In this document: positions 50,406 through 63,700 of the stretch, piece after piece | Layout: each line of letters begins with the position of its first letter | How positions within the stretch are numbered: the first letter of the stretch is position 1 | From: Selaginella moellendorffii | Lineage: Eukaryota; Plantae; Lycopodiophyta | NCBI RefSeq assembly: GCF_000143415.4 | Contig: NW_003314343.1 | Coordinates: forward strand, 434,813 to 498,812 | Length of the DNA stretch: 64,000 nucleotides | Reading direction: 5' to 3' | Notes under the pieces: generated by a model | The model's database searches: none | The model's input: the letters and a program-made list of their open reading frames with translations, nothing else | Told to the model about the DNA's origin: nothing | Position numbers and translations under genes: made by a program

Positions 50406-51654
50406 TGTAAGCCACAAATTTTTCCTTTCCAATTTCCCAGCTTACCTTGTCTACCCGTGCAACACTGCCTTGGCTTTTGCTAAGTTCCCTCACCAAAGTT
50501 CCCGCCTATGGTACCAGCTCCTACTTGGTCCTACTTGGTTTCAACTACTCAATGCATGAGCAATAAAGTGTTAACCATCCATACATGGATACCCAATTCT
50601 CTCCCAATCCCCCTCCCCAGGTTAAACTAGACCTAAGGTTCGGCTACACTCCCCACAGGCACAAACAACCAAGCACACCAAGCCTCTAGGTTCCTAACAC
50701 CCCTTGGTACCACAAGACTTGATCATGGGACCCTTTAAATCCCAAGTCTTGGGTGCAACACTTGCTTCGGGATGCCGGGGCAGAACACCATGGCCTAACG
50801 GCCACCTCTACCCCCCCACTTCCATCCCAAAAGAAGGCCCAAGCCCCTAGGAAGGGCAAGGACCAATGAGTTGCATGGTACTCAAGTGGGGCACCACTCC
50901 ACATGAATCGAGAGCACCGCAGTCGGTTTCCCTTTCGGGAGTGGGAGCTGCTCTTGAGCACTTCCTGGGGTGGCCCCTCCGGCACCACCCACATCCATGC
51001 TCACTCCCACCCAAGGCCCCTCGGCCCCAGTCTCAACCTTAAGTTAGTTTGGAAGCACCACTGGAGAGTTCCTTCGAGACTGGTTCCTGGACCTCACTAT
51101 CCCTACTATACTTTTGGAACCCCCTGCAGCCCCCCCCCGCCCCCCCCGAGAGACGCACGCTTTGGGCTTTCACCCCTTGACCCGTATTAGTACTCGGACT
51201 CGGTCTCAGACTCGATCTCAGACTCGATCTCGGACCCGACTTCGGACTCGGTCTTGAACTTGATCTCGGACCTAATTTCGGACTCGGTCTCGGACTCGAT
51301 CTCGGACTCGATCTCGGACCCGACTTCAGACTCGGTCTCGCACTCGATCTCGAACCCGACTTCGGACTCAGTCTCGAACTCGATCTCGGACTCCATCTCG
51401 GACCCGATCTCTAACTCAACTTCGGACTCGGCCTCGGACCCAATTTGGATCTCGAACTCTGTCTCAAACTCGGTCTTGAACTCGGTCTCCGATTCGGCCT
51501 CGGACTCGATCCCGGACTTCATCTCGAACTCGGTCTCAAAGTCGGTCTTGGACTGCATCTTGGACTCGGTCCCATCTGATGAACTCTTTGTCATTTTGGT
51601 CATGCTTTCGGGGATCCTTTAGCCTATGAGACCTTGGCGAGTTGGTTCCTTACA
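50406..51654 (-). mobile_element. Solo LTR of the same chromovirus family
   Basis: tgtaagcc...ccttaca, flanked by a perfect 5-bp TSD gcgct (50401-50405 and 51655-51659). Confidence 0.95.
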
Positions 51655-54600
51655 GCGCTTTGATGATGGTCACCTCCCTTGGCCTTAGCCTTGAACAAAA
51701 GAAGTGCCACCATGTGGTGCCATTTGGACTTTAGAACAACACTTTGGAACACTGTGGCCCTATGTGAGCCTCATGGGTACTCTCCCCAACCCCTAAACCC
51801 TAAACCCCAAACCTAAACCCTAAAGTCCTATTAATTAGTGCTCTTGGGGTGGATTTAGCAAAGCGGTGAGAGATCATGGAACTTCTTATTCTCCTCCTGC
51901 TACAGTTTCCTCCTCTATTTCAGAGTGAGGATTTCATATCCCACCGTTAGGCACTCACTGAGCAGCGATTGGCAATGGTAGAATAGCGATTGTAAGAATT
52001 GTTGAAGCAGTTGCCGCCCCTGATGCCACCTATGCAGCAGCAGCAGCCACCGCCACCGCTGCCTCCTCCGTCGCCGGCCCTGCCGCACTCAACAGTGCTG
52101 CCACTATTACCGTTGGTCCTAGCAGAGGTTCGCCGGCTTGTTAAGGAGGCCATAGGTGAGAAGATGTGTCCAATGGTTGAGGAGCCGTTCATGGCTGAGG
52201 AGAGCATGCTGGGTGAACAGACACGATTGCCACCACTGCCACAACCACCACGACTGTCGCCACCATCGTCACCACGACCACTATGACCATCGGCACCATT
52301 GCCACCATCCTAAACCCTAAACCCTAAACCTACATAGGAGATGGCAAGCTTTTGAGCCCCCAGTGACATAGCATGCCATCCTAGGTGCAGACCCGCTCTT
52401 AGTGCTCTCGGTGAAGAAGAAGACGCCATTGACAATGTTGCGGTGCGCAGAGAGCTCGCCTTGCCTGTGAAAACCCTCACTAAGTCCTTGCAGCCGTAGA
52501 TGATCCAATTGCCGCTGGGGCTCCAGTTGATGCAAGTGATCGTGTCCTGGATGCTGGAGAGCAGCTGGAACGCCATGAACTCTTTGCGGCACCCAGGCGT
52601 TCCACTCACCTAAACCCTAAACCCTCAACAGTGCCGCCACTGCTGCCGCTGGTCTTGGTGGAGGTTTGCCGGCTTGTTAAGGAGGCCATGGGCGAGAAGA
52701 TGTGTCCAATGGTTGAGGAGCTGTCCATGGCTAAGGAGAGCATGTTGGGTGAGGAGACAGGATTGCCACCACTGCCACAACCACCACGACTGTTGCCATT
52801 GTCGTCACCACGACCACCATGACCATCGGCACCATTGCCACCATCCTCACCACCACCACCACCGCAAGGGATGGGGACCATCACCAACATGATCAATGGA
52901 TTGGTATCATCATTGTTGTTCCTACTGTGTCCAGCACAGTAGGAATGTCTATCATACTCCGAAAGATGAAATTATGTAATCAAGTGTGTGTGTATGTGTA
53001 TGTGTGTGTGTGTGTGTGTAAGATTGTCTAATTTAGAGTGCAAATTGTTGCTACTACGACCACTGATCAGCAACCCTAGCCTTGATCCAGCTGCAATCTT
53101 CTATTTTGTAAATCTTCATCTAATCACCATGGCTCTTGTGGATTCTCAAACTTTGGCCAAGCCAACGCTCCCAACAGCATAGTTCAGGGTGGCCATGCCA
53201 CATTGCACAAGGCTCTGGTGGATCACTCCAGAGCTTCAACCTAAGCGCAAGCATCGAGAACGATCCCGAGAGTGAGATGGAACGTCAGCCTCGTAGCGCT
53301 GGTAACTAGAGCAAGCCAAGATTGTGATGTGAGCAAGCTTCCACCATGCTCACCACATAATCCCTAAGATGGCAGAACACAGTTGTGAGTGCCTTGATAA
53401 TGGTCACCGCCCTTGGCCTCAATCTTGAACAAAAGAAGTGCTGCCTCTTGATGCCATTTGGACTTTGGAACAACACTTTGGAACATTGTGGCCCTATGCA
53501 AGCCTCATGGGTACTCTCCCCAAATCCTAAACCCCAAGTCCTAAACCCTAAACTTGCACGGGAGATGGAAGCTTTTGAGCCCCCAGTGACATAGCATGCC
53601 ATCCTAGGTGCTGACCCGTTCTTAGTGCTCTCGGTGAAGAAGAAGATGCTATTGACAACGTTGCGGTGCGTAGAGAGCTCGCCTGGCTTGTGAAAACCCT
53701 CATTAAGTCCTTGCAGCCACAGATGATCCAATTGCTGGGGCTCCAGTTGAGGCAAGTGATTGTGTCTAGGATGTTGGAGAGCAGCTGGAATGCCATGAAC
53801 TCCTTGCGGCACCCGGGCGTTCCACCAGCAGGAGCAGAAGCGAAAGCATTGCAAAGGGGAATCGAGCTAGTGTCTTATTAATTAGGGCTCTTGGGGTGGA
53901 TGTAGCAAAGTGGTGAGAGATCATGAATCTTTTTATTCTCCTCTTGCTATTGTTTCCTCCTTTATTCCGGAGGAAGGATTTCATATCCCACCGGTAGGTG
54001 CTCAATAAGCAGCAATTGCCAATGGTAGAACAGCGATTGCAAGAGCTGTTGAAGCAGTTGCCGCCGCTGATGCCACCCCTGCAAAAGCAGCAGCCGCCGC
54101 TGCCACCTCCTTTGTCCCTGGCCCTGTTGCTCTCAACAGTTCTGCCATTGCTGCCGCTGCTCCTCGCGGAGGTTCGCCGGCTTGTTAAGGAGGCGATGGG
54201 CGAGAAGATGTGTCCAATGGTTGAGGAGCCATCCATGGCTGAGGAGAGCATACTGGGTGAGGAGACACAATTGCCACCACTGCCACAACCACCACAACCT
54301 TCGCCACCATCGTCACCACGACCACTATGACTATCGCCACCATTGCCACTATCCTAAACCCTAAACCCTAAACCCTAAACCTGCACAGGAGATGGCAAGC
54401 TTTTGAGCCCCCAATGACATAGCATGCCATCCTAGGTGCAGACCCGCTCTTAGTGCTCTCGGTGAAGAAAAAGTTGCCATTGACAACGTTGCAGTGCGTA
54501 GAGAGCTCGCCTAGCCTGTGAAAACCCTCATTAAGTCCTTGCAGCCATAGATGATCCAATTGCTGGGGCTCCAGTTGAGGCAAGTGATCGTGTCCTGGAT

Positions 54601-54740
54601 GCTGAAGAGCAACTGGAACACCATGAACTCCTTGCAGCACCCGGGCGTCCCACCCGCAAAAGTAGAGGGGAAAGCATTGCAAAGGGGAATCGAGCTAAAG
54701 TCCTATTAATTAGGGATCTTGGGGAGGATCTAGAAAAGTA

Positions 54741-57700
54741 GTGAGAGATCATGAATCTTTTTATTCTCTTCCTGCTGTTGTTTCCTCCTCTATTTCAGAG
54801 TGAGGATTTCATATCCCACTGTCAGGCACTCACTAACCAGCGAATTGCAATGGTAGAATAGCGATTGCAAGAGCTGTTGAAGCAATTGCCATCGCTGATA
54901 CCACCCCTGCAGCAGCAGCAGCCACCGCCACTGCTGCCTCCTCCGTCCTCGGCCCTGCGGCACTCAACGGTGCCACCACTACTACCGTTGGTCCTGGCGG
55001 AGGGTCGCCGGCTTGTTAAGGAGGCCATAGGCTTTTGGGGTGGATCTAGCAAAGCGGTGAGAGATCATGAATCTTTTTATTCTCCTCCTGCTACTGTTTT
55101 CTCCTCTATTTCAGAGTGAGGATTTCATATCCCACCGTCAGGCACTCACTAAGCAGCAAATTGCAATGGTAGAACAGCGATTGCAAGAGCTGTTGAAGCA
55201 GTTGCAACCGCTGATACCACCCCTGCAGCAGCAGCAGCCATCGCCGCCGCTGCCTCCTCCGTCCCTGGCCCTGCGGCACTCAACGGTGCCGCCACTGCTA
55301 CCGTTGGTCCTGGTGGAGGGTCGCTGGCTTGTTAAGGAGGCCATGGGCTTTTGGGGTGGATCTAGCAAAGCGGTGAGAGATCATGAATCTTTTTATTCTC
55401 TTGCTGCTACTGTTTCCTCCTCTATTTCAAAGTGAGGATTTCATATCCCACCGTCAGGCACTCACTAAGCAGCAAATTGCAATGGTAGAACAGCGATTGC
55501 AAGAGTTGTTGAAGCAGTTGCCACCGCTGAAACCACCCCTGCAGCAGCAGCAGCCACCGCCGCCGCTGCCTCCTCCGTCCCTGGCCCTGCGGCACTCAAT
55601 GGTGCCGCCACAGCTACTGCTGGTCCTGGCAGAGGTTCGCCAGCTTGTTAAGGAGGCCATGGGCTGTTGGGATGGATCTAGCAAAGCGGTGAGAGATCAT
55701 GAATCTTTTTATTCTCTTGCTGCTGCTGTTTCCTCCTCTATTTCAGAGTGAAGATTTCATATCCCACTGTTAGGCGCTCACTAAGTAGCGATTGGCAATG
55801 GTAGAATAGCAATTGCAAGAGTTGTTGAAGCAGTTGCCGCCACTGATACCACCCCTGTAGCAGCAGCAGCCACCGCCGCCGTTGCCTCTGCCGTCCCTGG
55901 CCCTACGGCACTCAACGGTGCTGCCACTGCTACTGCAGGTCCTGGCGGAGGTTCGCCGGCTTGTTAAGGAGGCCATGGGCTGTTGGGGTGGATCTAGCAA
56001 AGCGGTGAGAGATCATGAATGTTTTTATTCTCCTACTGCTACTGTTTCCTCCTCTATTTCAGAGTGAAGATTTCATATCCCACTGTCAGGCGCTCACTAA
56101 GCAGCGTTTGGCAATGGTAGAACAGCGATTGCAAGAGTTGTTGAACCAGTTGCCGCCACTGATACCACCCCTGTAGCAGCAGCAGCCACCGCCGCCGCTG
56201 CTTCCTCCAAACCCGGCCTTGCGGCACTCAACGGTGCCGCCACCGCTACCGCTGGTCCTGGCGGAGGTTCGCCGGCTTGTTAAGGAGGCCATGGGCTGTT
56301 GGGGTGGATCTAGCAAAGCAGTGAGAGATCATGAATGTTTTTATTCTCCTCCTGCTACTGTTTCCTTCTCTATTTCAGAGTGAGGATTTCATATCCCACC
56401 ATCAGGCGCTCACTAAGCAACGATTGGCAATGGTAGAAAAGCGATTGCAAGAGTTGTTGAAGCAGTTGCCGCCATTGATACTACCCCTGCAGCAGCAGCA
56501 TCCACCACCGCCGCTGCTTTCTCCGTCCCGGCCCTGCGGCACTCAACGGTGCCGCCACTGCTACTGTTTCCTCCTCTATTTCAGAGTGAGGATTTCATAT
56601 CCCACCGTCAGGCGCTCACTAAGCAGCGATTGGCAATGGTAGAATAGCAATTGCAAGAGTTGTTGAAGCAGTTGCCGCCACTGATACCACCCCTGTAGCA
56701 GCAGCAGCCACCGCTGCCATTGCCTCCGCCGTCCCCGGCCCTGCGGCACTCAACGGTGCTGCCACTGCTACCGCTGGTCCTGGCGGAGGTTCGCCGGTTT
56801 GTTAAGGAGGCCATGGGCTGTTGGGGTGGATCTAACAAAGCGGTGAGAGATCATGAATCTTTTTATTCTCCTCCTGCTACTGTTTCCTCCTCTATTTCAG
56901 AGTGAGGATGTCATATCCCACCCTCAGGCGCTCACTAAGCAGCGATTGGCAATGGTAGAACAACGATTGCAAGAGCTGTTGAAGTAGTTGCCGCCGCTGA
57001 TACCACCCCTGCAGCAGCAGCAGCCACCGCCGCCGCTGCTTCCTCCATTCCCGGCCCTGCGGCACTCAACGGTACCGCCACCGCTACCGCTGGTCCTGGC
57101 GGAGGTTCGCCGGCTTGTTAAGGAGGCCATGGGCTGTTGGGGTGGATCTAACAAAGCGGTGAGAGATCATGAATCTTTTTATTCTCCTCCTGCTACTGTT
57201 TCCTCCTCTATTTTAGAGTGAGGATTTCATATCCCACCATCAGGCGCTCACTAAGCAACGATTGGCAATGGTAGAACAGTGATTGCAAGAGTTGTTGAAG
57301 CAGTTGCCGCCATTGATACCACCCTTGCAGCAGCAGCATCCACCGCCGCCGCTGCTTTCTCCGTCCCGGCCCTGCGGCACTCAACGGTGCCGCCACTGCT
57401 ACTGTTTCCTCCTCTATTTCAGAGTGAGGATTTCATATCCCACCGTCAGGCGCTCACTAAGCAGCGATTGGCAATGGTAGAACAATGATTGCAAGAGCTG
57501 TTGAAGTAGTTGCCACCACTGATACCACCCCTGCAACAAGGTCGGTGGGCCAATGCCTTGGCCGAGTTTGATTGCGAGATTCTGTACAAGCCTGGGAAGA
57601 GCAACATCGTGGCAGATGTGCTAAGTCGAAAAGCGAGCTTGAGGTTGGCGATATCCAGCGCAACAGCAACCTTCTGGGACGATGTGCGGACAGCATATGA

Positions 57701-60700
57701 GAACGATGGTCTAGCACAAGAAGTGTTGTTGAGGAATCTAGAGGCGCGGGAAGCTCACCAGAGAGGTGAGCTGCCAACGGAAGAGAAAACGGGCTATGCG
57801 GAACGCAACGGACTCATTTATTACAAGCAAACGAGGGTATATGTTCCAGAAGGGGGACTAAGGAAAGTAGCCTTAGAAGAGTGTCATGACGGACCTCTTG
57901 CGGGACACGGCGGAGTGCCCAAGACGATGGGCTTACTCAAGAGGAAGTACCATTGGCCAGATATGGCTAAGGACGTCCAAGACTATGTAAAGACATGTCC
58001 AACATGTCAGCTGGTCAAAGCCGTGACTAAGGCTAGTGGGGGCTTGTTGCAAAGCATCCCAATTCCAGATCGTCCGTGGAAATGTCTTACGATGGACTTC
58101 ATCACGAGACTAACCCCAAGTGAGGGGTTCGATGCAATATTCGTGGTGGTGGATCGATTTTCGAAGATGGCACATTTCATACCCACCACAACGGAAGTGG
58201 ATGCGGAAGGTGTGGCGAAGCTGTTCTTTGAACAAGTGGTTCGAGTGCGGGGAAGGCCAGAAGAGATTATCTCAGATCGAGATAAGATCTTCACTAGTAG
58301 GTTCTGGAGGACCCTCCTAGAACAGTATCGCACCAAGTTGAAATTCAGCACAGCCTATCACCCACAGACAGGTATGGGGTATTAAGTCAAGTTTGGTGGT
58401 CCTAACACTTCTTGACAGACGGACAAACGGAAAGGGTGAATAGGCAGCTGGAGGATTATTTGCGATGCTATGTCTCGGGAGACCAGACCGATTGGGTAAG
58501 TCATTTGGGACTTGCGAAAATGTGTTATAACAACTCACCACATTCGAGTATCGGGGTGAGTCCGTGGGAAGTCATCAATGGGCGAGCTATTGAAGGTCTT
58601 GTGGAACTCGGCATGGCCGAGTATCATGGAGAGTTACCCGCAGTGGAGGCATTCACGGCGGAAAGACTCAACATTTGGAATCTAGTGAGGGATTCCTTGG
58701 AACGGGCTCAACAAAGGCAAACCAAGTACGCGAACCTAAAGCGCCGGGATGTAGAGTTCCAAGCTGGGGAGAAGGTGTGGCTGAACACCAAGAACCTCAA
58801 GCTACCAAGTGGGATCAGCCGAAAGTTGACCCAAAGGTAAAAATGCATGTATTCCTGTAAATGAATTGATCTTGAGTTCCTTAAGCAGGTTCGCGGGGCC
58901 TTACGAGATTGAGGCACGAATCGGTAAAGTGGCTTACCGACTCCGACTTCCTCGAGAGATGGGGAAGATGCACCCAGTGTTCCATGTGAACTTACTCAAG
59001 CCGTACTTTGAGGATCCGCTTCACAAGGACCAAGTAAGACCTTTACCTGAGGTTATCCAAGGGGAAGAGGAATATGAAGTCGAGGCCATCCTCAATGCGC
59101 GCAAGAGCAAACGACAAGGACGCGAGGTGACAGAGTTCCATGTGAAGTGGAAAGGATTTCCACACTACGAAGCAACATGGGAACCGGAGGAGAACCTAGC
59201 GAACGCGCGAGATCTAGTGGAGGAATTTCTGCAAGGCAGAACTCTATGTACTTATGCAAAGTTCAATTAAAAATATATATTTGCAAAGTTGAGCAAGTGG
59301 CATATGTTGGGACCCGAAGGCACGCCGAAGGTAAGCTAATTAGCATGGGTTAGCTAGGTCGACCAGGCATAGGGAGCTACGCCCGACTCCCTGCGGGGAT
59401 GTCGAATCCGTAGACGTATTCTACGGAGGTTGGGTTCGAGTCCCAACCCCCTAGTAAAGCAAGGCTGGGTTCAAGTCCCGACCCCATACTAGGGCGTGGT
59501 GAGGTGAGGAGTATAGGGACACCTATATTCCGTTGTCATGGGCTCTTGGCCGGGGAGGCTAACTTAGGCACACCGCTAACTGGGGGGATGCCCCCGGAGA
59601 CATGGTCAACAAGTCATAGGATAAAACGAGACGTTCGATGTGGGCATCGAACTTCTTCTATGGGTGGTGGAGTTGTAAGGAACCAACTCGCCGAGGTGTC
59701 GTAGGCTAAAGGAACCCCGAAAGCATGACCGAAATGACAAAGAGTTCATCGGATGGGACCAAGTCGAAGATCGAGTCCAAGACCGACTCTAGGACCGAGT
59801 TCAAGATCGAGTCCGGAATCGAGTCCGAGACCGACTCGGGGACCGAGTTCGAGTCCGAGTTCGAGACCGAGTTCGAGACGGAGTCCAAGATCCGAAATCG
59901 GGTCCGAGACCGAGTCCGAGGTCGAGTCCGAGGTCGGGTCCGAGATCAGGTCCGAGATCGAGTCCGAGATCGAGTCTGAAACCGAATCCGAAGTCGGATC
60001 CGAAATCGGGTCCGAGATCGAGCCAGAGACTAAGTCCAAATACTAATACGGGTCAAGGGGTGAAAGCCCAAAGCGTGCGTCTCCCAAGGGGAGGGGGGGG
60101 GGCTGCAGGGGGTTCCAAAAGTATAGTAGGGATAGTGAGGTCCAGGAACCAGTTTAGAAGGGACTCTCCAGTGGGGCTCCCAAACTGACTTGAGGTTGGG
60201 ACTGGGACCGAGGGGCATTGGGTGGGAGTGAGCATGGACTTGGTTGGTGCCGGAGGGGCCATCCAAGGAAGTGCTCAAGAGCAGCTCCCACTCTCGAAAG
60301 GGAAACCGATTACGGTGCTCCCGGCTCATGTGGAGTGGTGCCCCACTTGAGTACCATGCGGCTCATTGGTCCTCGCCCTTCCTAGGGGCTTGGGCCTTCC
60401 TTCAGGATGGAAGTGGGGGGCGAGAGGTACCCATACCGGGCCGCTAGGCCACGGTGTTTCGCCCCGGCGTCCCGGAGCAAGTGTTGCACTCAAGACTTGG
60501 GATTTAGAGGGTCCCATGATCAAGTCTTGTGGTACCAAAGGATGTTAGGAACTTGGAAGCTTGGTGTGCTTGGCTGCTTGTGCTTGCGGGGAGTGTAGCC
60601 GAACCTTAAGTCCAGTCTAACCCGGGGAGGGGGATTGGGAGTGATTTGGGAATCCGTGGATGGATGGCTAACACTCCGTTGCTCGTGCAGTGAGTAGCTA

Positions 60701-63700
60701 AGACCAAGTAGGAGATGGTACCATAGGCGAGAACCTTGGCAAGGGAACTTAGCAAGAGCCAAGGCGGTGTTGGACGGATAGACGAGGTAAGCTAGCAAAT
60801 TGGAAAGGAAAAATTTGTGGCTTACACGTCCCCGGCCCTGCGGCACTTAACGGTGCCGCCACTGCTACTTCTGGTCCTTGCGGAGGTTCGCCGGCTTGTT
60901 AAGGAGGCCATGGGCTTTTGGGGTGGATCTAGCAAAGCGGTGAGAGATCATGAATTTTTTTATTCTCCTCCTGCTACAGTTTCCTCCTTCATCTTAGAGT
61001 CAGGTTTTCATATCCCACCATTAGGCGCTCACTAAGCAGCGATTGGCAATGGTAGAATAGCGATTGTAAAAGCTGTTGAAGCAGTTGCCACTGCTGAAAC
61101 CACCCTTCAAACAACAGCAGCCACCGCTGCCGCTGCTTCCTCCGTCCCCGGCCCTGCGGCACTCAACGGTGCCGCCACTGCTACCGCTGGTCCTGGCGAA
61201 GGTTCCCCGGCTTGTTAAAGAGGCCATGGGCTGTAAAGGTGGATCTAGCAAAGCGGTGAGAGATCATGAATCTTTTTATTCTATTGTTGCTACTGTTTCC
61301 TCCTCTATTTGAAAGTGAGGATTTCATATCCCACCGTCAGGCGCTCACTAAGCAGCAATTGGCAATGGTAGAACAACGATTGCAAGAGCTGTTGAAGTAG
61401 TTGCCGCCGCTGATACCACCCCTGCAGCAGTAGCAGCCACCGCCGCCACTGCTTCCTCCATCCCCAGCCCCGCGGCACTCAACGGTGCCGCCACTGCTAC
61501 CGCTGGTCCTAGCGGAGGTTCACCGGCTTGTTAAGGAGGTCATGGGCTCTTGAGGTGGATCTAGCAAAGCGGTGAGAGATCATGAATCTTTTTATTTTCG
61601 TGCTGCTACTATTTCATCGTTTATTTTAGAGTGAGGATTTCATATCCCACCGTCAAGCGCTCACTAAGCAGCGAATTGCAATGGTAGAATAGCGATTGCA
61701 AGAGTTGTTGAAGCAATTGCCACTGCTGATACCACCCCTGCAGCAGCAGCAGCCACCGCTGCCGCTGCCTCCTCCTTCCCTGGCCCTGCGGCACTCAATG
61801 GTGCCGCCACTGCTACCGCTGGTCTTGGCAGAGGTTCGCCGGCTTGTTAAGGAGGCCATGGGCTGTTGGGATGGATCTAACAAAGCGGTGAGAGATCATG
61901 GATCTTGTTATTCTCTTCTTGCTGTTGTTTCCTTCTCTATTTCAGAGTGAGGATTTCATATCCCACCATTAGGCGCTCACTAAGCAGCGATTGGCAATGG
62001 TAGAACAGCGATTGACAGAGTTGTTGAAGCAGTTGCCGCCGCTGATACCATGCCTGCAGCAACAGCAGCCACCGCCGCCGCTGCTTCCTCCATCCCCGGC
62101 CCTGCGGCACTCAACGGTGCCGCCACTGCTACCGCTGGTCCTGGCAGAGGTTCGCCGGCTTGTTAAGGAGGCCATGGGCTGTTGGGGTGGATCTAGCAAA
62201 GCGGTGAGAGATCATGAATCTTTTTATTCTCCTCCTGCTTCTGTTTCCTCCTCTATTTCAAAGTGAGCATTTCATATCCCACCATTAGGCGCTCACTAAG
62301 CAGCGATTGGCAATGGTAGAACAACGATTGCAAGAGCTGTTGAAGTAGTTGCTGCCGCTGATACCACCCCTACAGCAGCAGCAGCCACCGCCGCCGCTGC
62401 CTCCTCCGTCCCTGGCCCTACGGCACTCAATGGTGCCACCACTGCTACCGCTGGTCCTGGCGGAGGTTCGCTGGCTTGTTACGGAGGCGATGGGCTGTTA
62501 GGGTGGATCTAGCAAAGCAGTGAGAGATCATGAATCTTTTTATTCTCCTCCTGCTACTATTTCGTCCTCTATTTCAAAGTTAGGATTTCATATCCCACCG
62601 TCAGGCGCTCACTAAGAAGCGATTGGCAATGGTGGAACAACGATTCCAAGAGCTGTTGAAGTAGTTGCCGCCGCTGATACCACCCCTGCAGCAGCAGCAG
62701 CCACTGCCGCCACTGCTTCCTCCATCCCCGGCCCTGCGGCACTCAACGGTGCTGCCACTGCTACCGCTGGTCCTGGCGAAGGTTTGCCGGCTTGTTAAGG
62801 AGGCCATGGGCTTTTGGGGTGGATCTAGCAAAGCGGTGAGTGATCATGAATCTTTTTATTCTCCTCCTGCTAGTTTCCTCCTTGCTTCAACAGCTCTTGC
62901 AATCCCTGTTCTACCATTGCAATTTGCTGCTTAGTGAGCGCCTGACGGTGGGATATGAAATCCTAACTTTGAAATAGAGGACGAAATAGTAGCAGGAGGA
63001 GAATAAAAAGATTCATGATCTCTCACTGCTTTGCTAGATCCACCCTAACAGCCCATCGCCTCCGTAACAACACTGTCAAGCGCTCACTAAGCAGCGAATT
63101 GCAATGGTAGAATAGCGATTGCAAGAGCTGTTCAAGCAATTGCCACTGCTGATACCACCCCTGCAGCAGCAGCAGCCACCGCCGCCGCTGCTTCCTCCGT
63201 CCCCGGCTCTGCGGCACTCAACAGTGCTGCCACTGTTACCGCTGGTCCTGGCGGAGGTTCGCCGGCTTGTTAAGGAGGCCATGGGCTTTTGGGGTGGATC
63301 TAGCAAAGCGGTGAGAGATCATGAATCTTTTTATTCTCCTCCTGCTATTGTTTCGTCCTCTATTTCAGAGTGAGGATTTCATATCCCACCTTCAGGCGCT
63401 CACTAGGCAGTGAATTGCAATGGTAGAACAGCAATTGCAAGAGTTGTTGAAGCAGTTGCCGCTGCTGATACCACCCCTGCAGCAGTAGCAGCCACCGCCG
63501 CCACTACTTCCTCCGTCCCCGGCCCTGCGGCACTCAACGGTGCCGCCACTGCTACCGCTGGTCCTGGCGGAGGTTCGCCGGCTTGTTAAGGAGGCCCTGG
63601 GCTTTTGGGGTGGATCTAGCAAAGCAGTGAGAGATCATGAATCTTTTTATTCTCTTGCTGCTACTGTTTCCTCCTCTATTTCAAAGTGAGGATTTCATAT

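Larger units (their letters stand above)
39510..54745 (+). repeat. Right-hand array of composite repeat units, interrupted by the chromovirus and a solo LTR
   Basis: Same modules A/B/C and telomeric linkers as at 1.9-5.3 kb. Confidence 0.85.
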
